NCBI GenBank assembly: GCA_963665665.1
Contig: OY762428.1
Coordinates: forward strand, 96,001 to 160,000
Reading direction: 5' to 3'
DNA length: 64,000 nt
From: Candidatus Kapaibacterium sp.
GTDB lineage: Bacteria > Bacteroidota > Ignavibacteria > Kapaibacteriales > UBA2268
Part shown: positions 20,888 to 31,451 of the stretch, piece after piece
Layout of the letters: each line of letters begins with the position of its first letter
Position numbering within the stretch: the first letter of the stretch is position 1
Position numbers and translations under genes: made by a program
Notes under the pieces: generated by a model
Told to the model about the DNA's origin: nothing
The model's input: only the letters and a program-made list of their open reading frames with translations
The model's database searches: none

Positions 20888-21288
20888 GGAAAATTAATTG
20901 AGAAAGTGTTATTTAGGATTTTTTTTCTAAAAACACAATTTTTCCGGCAAATAAGCAGAAGAAATAAAGTTTAATCCAGCTTTTTCCACCAAAACTATCC
21001 CCAAACCATCAATTTTCTTCTTTTTTTGGTTGGAAAACTTAGAATTTTGGTGTCGTCAACTTGATTTTTGAACTTTTTCAAACATTTCTGACACTGTGAG
21101 GCATTCATTTCGTTTGACCTCGTAAAATTTCGTAAATTTTCGTAACTATACATTACTGTACAAATATATAAAGTATCATCTGAAAGCAGTCGTAAAAATT
21201 AAGCTTACAGGTAATTTTATGGCGGGAAAAATCAGCCATATTATTATGTTTTGGGACATTTACCTGGCCGGGAAGTGATATTTCGCAC

Positions 21289-22131
21289 TCAATCCGTCCC
21301 AAGAAGCCTGTTTATTTCACTTTTATCTATCAAAACCTTTCTGCCAACTTTAGTTGCCTGTAATTCCCCTTTTTTTCGCCTGGCATATATGGTTTGCGGG
21401 GTGACTTTCAGCAATTGGGCGGCTTCGGCAACGGTAAGGAATTCTGTCGGGGTTGCCTCTTTGGGGTTCTGATCTGGTTCGGGAGTTTCCCGGTTGGCTT
21501 CCATCAGGGATTTTTTAATCTCAGACATTGAGATTGATCCGGATTCCTGTTGCAACATATTTACGTAACTTAATTCTTCAATTAAAAGTTGCAGATTCGA
21601 TTTTCCGTTTAAGGGAATAACAATGTTTTTAAGGTTGGGTTGTTCCTGCACTAATCTATACATTCCGCGGAGAACCTCAATTATTATATTGGGATTGCTC
21701 TTCATAATCCGGTTCATTTGTTGATCAAAGCTGTCCCGAGCCATGTTCTCATAATTCTGGTATTCACGAACAATATAAATTAGATAATACCTCCTATGTT
21801 GAATATTATCGATTCTCCTGCAATAATCCAAAATATCAGGTACATTCCAGTCGAAAACCTGAAAATCGTAATTTGATTGGGATACTTTTGACCTGATCTG
21901 TCTTCTAAAAGAAGTAATAAAATCAGTAAATTTTTCCATTGACTCTTCATAGGATAAAGTATCCTGATTTTCATCAGGCTCCATCATATCGGCAACATAG
22001 TTAGCTGCTTTAACAAAATCTCCGAATATTCCGAAATTTTTATAAAATTCTCTTATAAATGAAAATGAAAACAGGAAATCGAAATTATCCTGTATCTGCT
22101 TATCAGACATATATTTTCCTCTATTTGTCAT
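21289..22131 (-). CDS. Unknown N-terminal domain + C-terminal excisionase-type HTH (HTH_17-like)
   Basis: FLTVAEAAQLLKVTPQTIY...G-L-A-KVGRKVLI-KSEI. Confidence 0.8.
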   Translation of the reverse strand: MTNRGKYMSDKQIQDNFDFLFSFSFIREFYKNFGIFGDFVKAANYVADMMEPDENQDTLSYEESMEKFTDFITSFRRQIRSKVSQSNYDFQVFDWNVPDILDYCRRIDNIQHRRYYLIYIVREYQNYENMARDSFDQQMNRIMKSNPNIIIEVLRGMYRLVQEQPNLKNIVIPLNGKSNLQLLIEELSYVNMLQQESGSISMSEIKKSLMEANRETPEPDQNPKEATPTEFLTVAEAAQLLKVTPQTIYARRKKGELQATKVGRKVLIDKSEINRLLGTD

Positions 22132-22605
22132 TTTGCAATATTTATTCCTACTAATTTAAGTTTCCCGGCAATTCCGGAAAAGGAAAAAGTGATGTTTTTG
22201 GTGCATAGCAGATTGTTATCTGATATTCAACATTGATTTTGCCTGCTGATTTTTGATTGTTTATAGCTTCTTACATACTTTTGCACTGCCTGTTTTCTGA
22301 TATGCAATACGGATTGCAGTAATTGTTGATTGATAGTTACATACCATTTACATACCAGAGAACCAACAGTACACCTTAAGTTCATAACCAGTGCAATACG
22401 TGTTAAATATGTTTTACATACCATTACATAACCAGTATTTTTCATTTCAACACCAGAACATAGCTATTACATAGCCAAAAACAAGCCAGCTAAAAGCCGA
22501 GGCAATGCTAATTACACACCAGAATAATTGAACGGCTTCCTTTAAAAAAAACAGCGATTTAAGGTGAAATAATCTTAACTTGCAAAAAATCAAAAGGAGC
22601 ATCAA

Positions 22606-22893
22606 ATGGCAAACAAACGAAGAAATTACAGTTCAAAATTCAAAATGCAGGTAGCCCTGGAGGCAGTCCAAGAGAGAAAAACAATAACCGAGCTGGCATC
22701 GGAGTACGGGGTTCATCCAAACCAGATAAGCATGTGGAAAAAGCATTTAAAAGAAAGTGAAAAGGAAGTATTTGAAAACAAGCGTGGGCCAGGGAAGAAT
22801 AAAAAAGAAAAAGACGAATCAGTATTATATGAAGAAATAGGCCGGCTAAAAATTGAATTAGACTGGTTAAAAAAAAAATTGGGACGTGAGTAA
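22606..22893 (+). CDS. IS3 transposase OrfA
   Basis: RRNYS-KFK-QVALEA...LYEEIGRLK-ELDWLKKK. Confidence 0.92.
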   Translation: MANKRRNYSSKFKMQVALEAVQERKTITELASEYGVHPNQISMWKKHLKESEKEVFENKRGPGKNKKEKDESVLYEEIGRLKIELDWLKKKLGRE

Positions 22894-23731
22894 AAAAGAG
22901 CGTAGAAATATGGTAGATGCTGATAATAAAGAAATTAGCATAAGCCGGCAGTGCGAGCTTTTGGGTATTAGCAGGAGCTGTTATTATTACAAACCCAAGG
23001 GTGAAAGTGAAGCAAATATTCTATATATGAAGCTGATCAAAGAACAATTCGCGATTACTCCATTTTATGGAGCCAGAAAAATGACAGCACACTTACGTTC
23101 TTTGGGATACCATGTTAACTATAAACGAATCAGGCGATTAATGAAATTATTGGGACTTCGGGCAATATATCCCCAACCGGACACGAGCAAACCGAACAAG
23201 GAGCACAAAATTTATCCATACCTGTTGAGGGATATGAAAATAAGTCGTCCGGATCAGGTTTGGAGCCTGGATATAACATATATTCCGATGCGTAAAGGAT
23301 TTATGTATCTTATAGCAATTATAGATGTTTATAGCAGGTATATCGTCGACTGGGAATTATCGAATAACCTTGAGAAGGAGTTCTGCATAGATACAATAAA
23401 AAGGTCTTTGAAAACCAGGAAACCGGAAATAACAAACACGGATCAGGGCAGTCAGTTCACGAGCAATGATTTTGTGAAAACGATTCTGGATGCTGATGTT
23501 AAGGTAAGCATGGACGGCAAGGGCCGCGCCTTGGACAATGTTTACATAGAACGCTTCTGGCGGAGCTTTAAATACGAAGACCTGTATCTGAAGTCTTACG
23601 AAGACGGAAAAGAGCTCTATGGCGGTATAAAGGCTTATGTCGATTGGTATAACAACACGAGGCCGCACGCAGGAATTGAATACCAGATTCCGGCTGAAAA
23701 ATATATGAACGAACAGCGGTTCGTTAATTGA
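22886..23731 (+). CDS. IS3 transposase OrfB (DDE integrase core)
   Basis: W--DITYI, NTDQGSQFTS, DN-YIERFWRS-KYE. Confidence 0.93.
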   Translation: MSKKERRNMVDADNKEISISRQCELLGISRSCYYYKPKGESEANILYMKLIKEQFAITPFYGARKMTAHLRSLGYHVNYKRIRRLMKLLGLRAIYPQPDTSKPNKEHKIYPYLLRDMKISRPDQVWSLDITYIPMRKGFMYLIAIIDVYSRYIVDWELSNNLEKEFCIDTIKRSLKTRKPEITNTDQGSQFTSNDFVKTILDADVKVSMDGKGRALDNVYIERFWRSFKYEDLYLKSYEDGKELYGGIKAYVDWYNNTRPHAGIEYQIPAEKYMNEQRFVN

Positions 23732-24019
23732 AAACTTTGTTGGAAAAGTGAAAAAATGCAATCCGGTAAGCAATTGATAAAAAAAGAAATAGAAAGGAGA
23801 GTGAAAGTTATCCACAATTTCCAGGTTGTTAACAAAAAGAAAAAAAAGTAGCAAAAAAAAGAAAAATTAATATTATTACATATTTTTTTCTTATTTTATT
23901 AGAGAAGAAGTATAGATTAATAAACACCATAAACTATACTTTTATTTGTCTAAGCAATAGGGAGCATTTCAAATTGATACTGAGCCAAACTTAGTATTGT
24001 ACTTATTCCGTATTAGCTA

Positions 24020-27000
24020 TAAACCTTATCTATATGGTTCGATTAAAGGAGTTGTTAAAGTCTCTTTGTATGGTGTTACTGACGGATTTCAATTCCTATA
24101 TGGTTCGATTAAAGGCCACCAATGCCGGCAATTATAACCCCCGCCGAATAAATTTCAATTCCTATATGGTTCGATTAAAGGTGTACTTGTAGCCGTTAAT
24201 CTCTTTCCTGATTTCCTCATTTCAATTCCTATATGGTTCGATTAAAGGATAATACAGTTTTGTATTGAACGTGGTTTTCCAAGTGTATTTCAATTCCTAT
24301 ATGGTTCGATTAAAGGCAATAGTGTAGAGCTTGATTTGGAAATTAAGCTGATGAGAATTTCAATTCCTATATGGTTCGATTAAAGGTGTTTGGCCACGAA
24401 ATCAATTGTTCCTCCACAGCTATTTCAATTCCTATATGGTTCGATTAAAGGCTGCCACGGCCAATTGTCCAGGCGTTCAACACTCCCATTTCAATTCCTA
24501 TATGGTTCGATTAAAGGTAAATCGTAGTTAGTTCGAAATATAATCAATCAGGGTAATTTCAATTCCTATATGGTTCGATTAAAGGCGATAATACATTCGT
24601 GCTCCGGTATCATGCCTGTAGTGATTTCAATTCCTATATGGTTCGATTAAAGGAAAACCCTGCTATCGGAAATATGATAGGCAGTATCGGATTTCAATTC
24701 CTATATGGTTCGATTAAAGGCCTGCACCATTGCCGGGCTTACCTGTGGCTGTGCCATATTTCAATTCCTATATGGTTCGATTAAAGGTTTCTGGGCTTTA
24801 AGCTTTCCGAGAGTTTCTTTCTGATTTCAATTCCTATATGGTTCGATTAAAGGTCCGCTGTAGATGGGTGAAGTATCATCGATGATGAGATTTCAATTCC
24901 TATATGGTTCGATTAAAGGAAAAAGGCAAGGGATTGTCAGAACGATATGCTATTATATTTCAATTCCTATATGGTTCGATTAAAGGTGTTTTGAGGTCTG
25001 ATATTAAACCCGAGAACGAGATCATTTCAATTCCTATATGGTTCGATTAAAGGAGCGGCTGCGCATACGCAGGAAGTCCCGTAATTTTTATTTCAATTCC
25101 TATATGGTTCGATTAAAGGCCATAACCGGCGCGACGGACGGAGCACGAACCGGACCAATTTCAATTCCTATATGGTTCGATTAAAGGCTTTTTCCAAATC
25201 CTTAGCCCTTTTCCATCCGTGAAGATTTCAATTCCTATATGGTTCGATTAAAGGGGGTTAAGATTCTCAATGTCATCAGAGCCGCCTGATATTTATTTCA
25301 ATTCCTATATGGTTCGATTAAAGGTATTATTTGAATGATGAAATAGCAAATGAACGACAATTATTTCAATTCCTATATGGTTCGATTAAAGGTTGGGATA
25401 GAATATTTTAATGATATTTATCTTCGCCATTTCAATTCCTATATGGTTCGATTAAAGGACGGTTTACGGCCTTGATTTTGGTTATAACAACCCCATTTCA
25501 ATTCCTATATGGTTCGATTAAAGGCATTTAGTGTCAGCCACAGGACTTCCGCTGTCATCATTTCAATTCCTATATGGTTCGATTAAAGGCCTGCATAGGA
25601 GTTACAGACAATGCACCCTGTGAGTATTTCAATTCCTATATGGTTCGATTAAAGGGTGGGAAAGTCGTTTGCCAAGTGAATATTTCTCAGATTTCAATTC
25701 CTATATGGTTCGATTAAAGGCATGTCGGGCGGGGCGGACTGGTTTCATAATCTGTTATTTCAATTCCTATATGGTTCGATTAAAGGCCTACCACAGATAT
25801 GGCAGCAATTAATTAAAAGAGAATTTCAATTCCTATATGGTTCGATTAAAGGGCTTTCTTGGGGATTTTATTACGGGATACATCCATGATTTCAATTCCT
25901 ATATGGTTCGATTAAAGGTCGGAATCAATATCATTATAAATCTCAGCATAAGCCCTATTTCAATTCCTATATGGTTCGATTAAAGGTTTATTTACCCTAA
26001 ACCCATATTCCCCTTTTTTCAAATTTCAATTCCTATATGGTTCGATTAAAGGAAATCAGTATCATTAATATAAACATGCCTCAGAAGCATTTCAATTCCT
26101 ATATGGTTCGATTAAAGGATGTTGGGAACTGTTGTTTCGGTTGATGAATTTCCGATTTCAATTCCTATATGGTTCGATTAAAGGATTGATAAAACGCCAA
26201 AAGGAAAAATCCTTTTTTGGTAATTTCAATTCCTATATGGTTCGATTAAAGGTTAGAAGTTTATCTTCATTAACCACATAAGTTGTGCTATTTCAATTCC
26301 TATATGGTTCGATTAAAGGAATGCTGTCATATATTTGCGCGTTAGTTCAGAAGACCATTTCAATTCCTATATGGTTCGATTAAAGGGTGAGTTTCAACCG
26401 GGGTGTCCTTGGTTTCTACAAATTTCAATTCCTATATGGTTCGATTAAAGGAACACGAGAACAGAACACTATCTCTATGATTTCAAGATTTCAATTCCTA
26501 TATGGTTCGATTAAAGGTCTCTCCTACATCGTGAAGATAACATCTATTGATACATTTCAATTCCTATATGGTTCGATGAATATCCTCACATTATCAGAGA
26601 AGTAATTTCAATTCCTATATGGTTCGATTAAAGGCCTGAGTATAAGTAGCCATTTTTGTCTTTCAAAATCATTTCAATTCCTATATGGTTCGATTAAAGG
26701 AATCTTGTATCCGTCACTATTGGTAACCTGGCAAACATTTCAATTCCTATATGGTTCGATTAAAGGAACAGATGGATTTGTTTCTGAATTATAATTTGCC
26801 GTATTTCAATTCCTATATGGTTCGATTAAAGGAAGGCTATATCACGACGGAGACGACAGCATCCGGAATAATTTCAATTCCTATATGGTTCGATTAAAGG
26901 TGTACCTTCAGCTACCCATACGGTGTTACCTTCCGCATTTCAATTCCTATATGGTTCGATTAAAGGCTGAAACAAAATCAGATATTGTCTCCGCTAACTG

Positions 27001-30000
27001 ATTCCATTTCAATTCCTATATGGTTCGATTAAAGGTCAGCAGAGCAATGTCTTTATCGTGTTGGCTGCACATATTTCAATTCCTATATGGTTCGATTAAA
27101 GGATTAAAACAGAACCGCCACCACCGCCATTTTTTTCGATTTCAATTCCTATATGGTTCGATTAAAGGAAATGAGAAAAGCACAATTTACATGAATGCTT
27201 TAACATTTCAATTCCTATATGGTTCGATTAAAGGTCAGATACGAAATAATCTATACTCCCTTTGTAATTTATTTCAATTCCTATATGGTTCGATTAAAGG
27301 TTAGTAGTTTTGATATAATCGCGATCAAGACAGTAATATTTCAATTCCTATATGGTTCGATTAAAGGCCGATGGGGGCTGCACCGCTTGACACCAAACAC
27401 GAAATTTCAATTCCTATATGGTTCGATTAAAGGCTGATCCTGAAAAGTACAAAAAATATGACAGTCCGAAATTTCAATTCCTATATGGTTCGATTAAAGG
27501 TAGCCGAAGCTGTTGAATTTTCTTTTCTCGAATCAATATTTCAATTCCTATATGGTTCGATTAAAGGGGCTGTTTGGTGTCCTGATGCTGACTTGTATTT
27601 AAATTTCAATTCCTATATGGTTCGATTAAAGGATATGCAATTAAAAAGTTTCTTGATCTTTCAAACCGATTTCAATTCCTATATGGTTCGATTAAAGGAA
27701 GATTAATAGCTGAAGATTTAAACTTTAACGACCAATTTCAATTCCTATATGGTTCGATTAAAGGAAAATAATGAAATTGGATTTATCACAGGGCAATTAA
27801 ATTTCAATTCCTATATGGTTCGATTAAAGGAGCGAGGGTGCAGGGGTTGTTTATGAAAGTGATTTTTATTTCAATTCCTATATGGTTCGATTAAAGGTAT
27901 TATTGGCGAATCTGCAACAAATGCTTTAAATGAATTTCAATTCCTATATGGTTCGATTAAAGGCAGGGTGGAAACTTTATGGTGCTTTGTGCTGAAAATC
28001 ATTTCAATTCCTATATGGTTCGATTAAAGGTAAGCGACGGAGTTAATATTGAAGAAATTAGTGAATAATTTCAATTCCTATATGGTTCGATTAAAGGGCT
28101 TTGTGTCTCGTTGCTATCACTTATCATACTTGCATTTCAATTCCTATATGGTTCGATTAAAGGCCTGGATAATCTTCCTCTCATTTGCCGACAGCTTACA
28201 TTTCAATTCCTATATGGTTCGATTAAAGGTCGTGCCTTGTTATCATTATTATACCTTTTTTATAATTTCAATTCCTATATGGTTCGATTAAAGGTTTTCA
28301 AAAAGATCGCTTCTGGTTCTTATAAAGCAAAATTTCAATTCCTATATGGTTCGATTAAAGGTGTAATCCGTTTTGTTGGAGATCATTTCGATTACGAATT
28401 TCAATTCCTATATGGTTCGATTAAAGGTTTGAAGTTTTCTTTCAGCTTCTGGGGCGGTACTTTGATTTCAATTCCTATATGGTTCGATTAAAGGTCAATA
28501 CAAATAAAAACGCCTTACAGAGTTTTAAAAATTTCAATTCCTATATGGTTCGATTAAAGGTTAATATTGAAATAACAACAAATGTAATATAAATGTATTT
28601 CAATTCCTATATGGTTCGATTAAAGGATATATTTACACTTGTATATGTCGTGCCTACAAAAACATTTCAATTCCTATATGGTTCGATTAAAGGGCTGAAA
28701 AAAGAATCAGATTATAATGAAGCACTCCAAATTTCAATTCCTATATGGTTCGATTAAAGGCAAAAGTCTTTATAAATATCGTATATTGTGTAGTTTATAT
28801 TTCAATTCCTATATGGTTCGATTAAAGGGGATAAAGCTGTTATTAATCAGTATAAAGATTGTACATTTCAATTCCTATATGGTTCGATTAAAGGTTGAAT
28901 TTTTCGGAGAAATAACTATAAATGTTTTCTCATTTCAATTCCTATATGGTTCGATTAAAGGTCTCTTGAATTAAACTTCCCAACACCCTGCATTAACATT
29001 TCAATTCCTATATGGTTCGATTAAAGGAATGCAAGAAGTATAGGTGCTGATAACATAATGATAATTTCAATTCCTATATGGTTCGATTAAAGGTAATTCT
29101 CATTAGCTATGCTATGTGCAATTTGTTCAATTTCAATTCCTATATGGTTCGATTAAAGGGAATGGATCACCACCATTGAAAACCATGTTAAATTCATTTC
29201 AATTCCTATATGGTTCGATTAAAGGTTTTATGTAGTCATTATCAAATTCACCGTAAACTAAATTTCAATTCCTATATGGTTCGATTAAAGGCAGTAAGCA
29301 TTGATGAAGATGACGGCGCATATATAGCCGAATTTCAATTCCTATATGGTTCGATTAAAGGCTATCATAAGTTATTCTAAGCCAATAAGCTCCGAGATTT
29401 CAATTCCTATATGGTTCGATTAAAGGCTGTGCAGCATCAACCCTATCTTGCTCAGGCTCAGGCATTTCAATTCCTATATGGTTCGATTAAAGGGCTGCAA
29501 ATTCAGCATCGTCAATGTTATTTATTATCCATTTCAATTCCTATATGGTTCGATTAAAGGGGTATTATGTTTGTAGAATCATCGTATAGAGTGTTTATTT
29601 CAATTCCTATATGGTTCGATTAAAGGGCAATCCCAGAGCCATAACCGAAAGCTCCATAACCTAATTTCAATTCCTATATGGTTCGATTAAAGGATGACAG
29701 GCAATGATACATTGGCAACCGGATTTTGCATTTCAATTCCTATATGGTTCGATTAAAGGAAAGGACAAGAATATTTACGACAATGAGGAAACAAAATTTC
29801 AATTCCTATATGGTTCGATTAAAGGGGGAATAGTTTAACACGAGACGAACGAGAATAATAAATTTCAATTCCTATATGGTTCGATTAAAGGGGATTATCA
29901 GCCACATAACAGCCCCGCCGTCAGGCGATTTCAATTCCTATATGGTTCGATTAAAGGAAACGGCGCCCGTCACTAATATTATACATTCGGCAATATTTCA

Positions 30001-30959
30001 ATTCCTATATGGTTCGATTAAAGGCTGAGAGAACCTTGAATTTTAAGGAGGCTTAACCAATTTCAATTCCTATATGGTTCGATTAAAGGTGATAATTCAT
30101 CAATCACAATAGGTGCATTAACTAAATTTCAATTCCTATATGGTTCGATTAAAGGGCAAATTTATTTTTCACAGCAAAAGAGGAAAAATTGATTTCAATT
30201 CCTATATGGTTCGATTAAAGGCTTTTTCAAGGTCTTTTGCTCTTTTCCACCCATGTAAATTTCAATTCCTATATGGTTCGATTAAAGGTTGCGCTTGAGT
30301 ATCTGGATTAACTGGTTTGCGATACTGAATTTCAATTCCTATATGGTTCGATTAAAGGTTCTATTTCTTCATTTAATTCTTTAGTTGAATCTGATTTCAA
30401 TTCCTATATGGTTCGATTAAAGGCCGGCTCAAGGACGGTTTTTATCTGATAAAAAATAATTATTTCAATTCCTATATGGTTCGATTAAAGGTATCATCGT
30501 TCCGATCATTGAAAAACTCATAATTGCATTTCAATTCCTATATGGTTCGATTAAAGGCATCTTCGTAAAGGATTCGCTCGCGGCGTTGCCTAATTTCAAT
30601 TCCTATATGGTTCGATTAAAGGCAGCATCCAGATCAGGAAGGGTAACAGCCGTCATACCGTTATTTCAATTCCTATATGGTTCGATTAAAGGAGCGGTCA
30701 AACCGGAATTAATAACCCGACCGGCTCAAATTTCAATTCCTATATGGTTCGATTAAAGGTAAACTGTCCGGAACTAATTCCGTGCCGGGGATTAAATTTC
30801 AATTCCTATATGGTTCGATTAAAGGGGTTTTGAAGCCTATTCGTGTGATATTTTACCATGTTCATTTCAATTCCTATATGGTTCGATTAAAGGCCTGAAA
30901 AGTACAAAAAATATGATAGTCCGAACTGTATTTCAATTCCTATATGGTTCGATTAAAGG
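24020..30959 (-). CRISPR. CRISPR array, 30-bp repeat CCTTTAATCGAACCATATAGGAATTGAAAT (minus sense), about 105 repeats / 104 spacers of 35-40 bp
   Basis: Invariant repeat ATTTCAATTCCTATATGGTTCGATTAAAGG on plus (manual count); degenerate terminal repeat 24020-24049; one truncated repeat at 26554; ATTGAAA(N) 3' end and cas2-side leader set the orientation. Confidence 0.98.
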
Positions 30960-31182
30960 CCCATACGGCCACCAAAAAAATATAAGGTTTTATGCGGTCT
31001 TTTCCAAATTTTTCAAGCGGAAAATCATTGATTTTGTCGTCAACCCCGGATTGTGTAAAAATTCCGGGGCCGCGACGACTCCGCCAAAATCCCCGCCTCA
31101 GCTTAGTTTTCAAAGAACGCTGCCCCGGAGTTCTTAGCACCTGGACTATTTATGGGGGCTTTTTCACCGACCCCGACGACGC
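30960..31182 (-). promoter_or_regulatory. CRISPR leader
   Basis: Between cas2 stop and first repeat; contains GTCGTCAACCCCGGA...TCCGGGGCCGCGACGAC inverted repeat resembling type I-B leaders. Confidence 0.8.
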
Positions 31183-31449
31183 TTAAATAAAGTTCGAAGT
31201 CATATCGGACTTGTCCTTGCCCAGGATTTCCTTCTTCAGGTATCTGTCCGTTGTCATCGAAAAAATTATCAGCGAGTCCTCCTCTGGTTTCATCAATTTT
31301 CCGGCACGAGCTTTCAGCTCGGCAAGCGCCGATTTGGTCAGTTCGCCTTCGAAAGTGGAGTTCTGAATCCAGTGCAGGTATTGGCGCATCAGTTTCAGCA
31401 TTTTACCTACTCGTTTTTCGTTAACATCATAAACTGCAATATGATACAT
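31183..31449 (-). CDS. cas2: CRISPR-associated endonuclease Cas2
   Basis: MY-IAVYDV, YL-WIQNS-FEG, EDSLIIF. Confidence 0.95.
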   Translation of the reverse strand: MYHIAVYDVNEKRVGKMLKLMRQYLHWIQNSTFEGELTKSALAELKARAGKLMKPEEDSLIIFSMTTDRYLKKEILGKDKSDMTSNFI

Positions 31450-31451
31450 AA

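Larger units (their letters stand above)
22529..23971 (+). mobile_element. IS3-family insertion sequence (1443 bp)
   Basis: TG...CA ends with imperfect IRs (TGAACGGCTTCCT / TGAAATGCTCCCT), 3-bp AAT duplication, orfA/orfB with A10 slippery run near 22870. Confidence 0.9.

Noticed and set aside
21051-21060. TGTCGTCAAC shared with the CRISPR leader (31035)
   Set aside because: Only 10 bp with no flanking similarity; compatible with chance
24050-30929. Self-targeting spacers within this window
   Set aside because: No match noticed by eye; a computational search is needed, so none is claimed
24599-31186. Short ORFs containing FQFLYGSIKG / FNSYMVRLK
   Set aside because: Translations of the CRISPR repeat and leader, not genes
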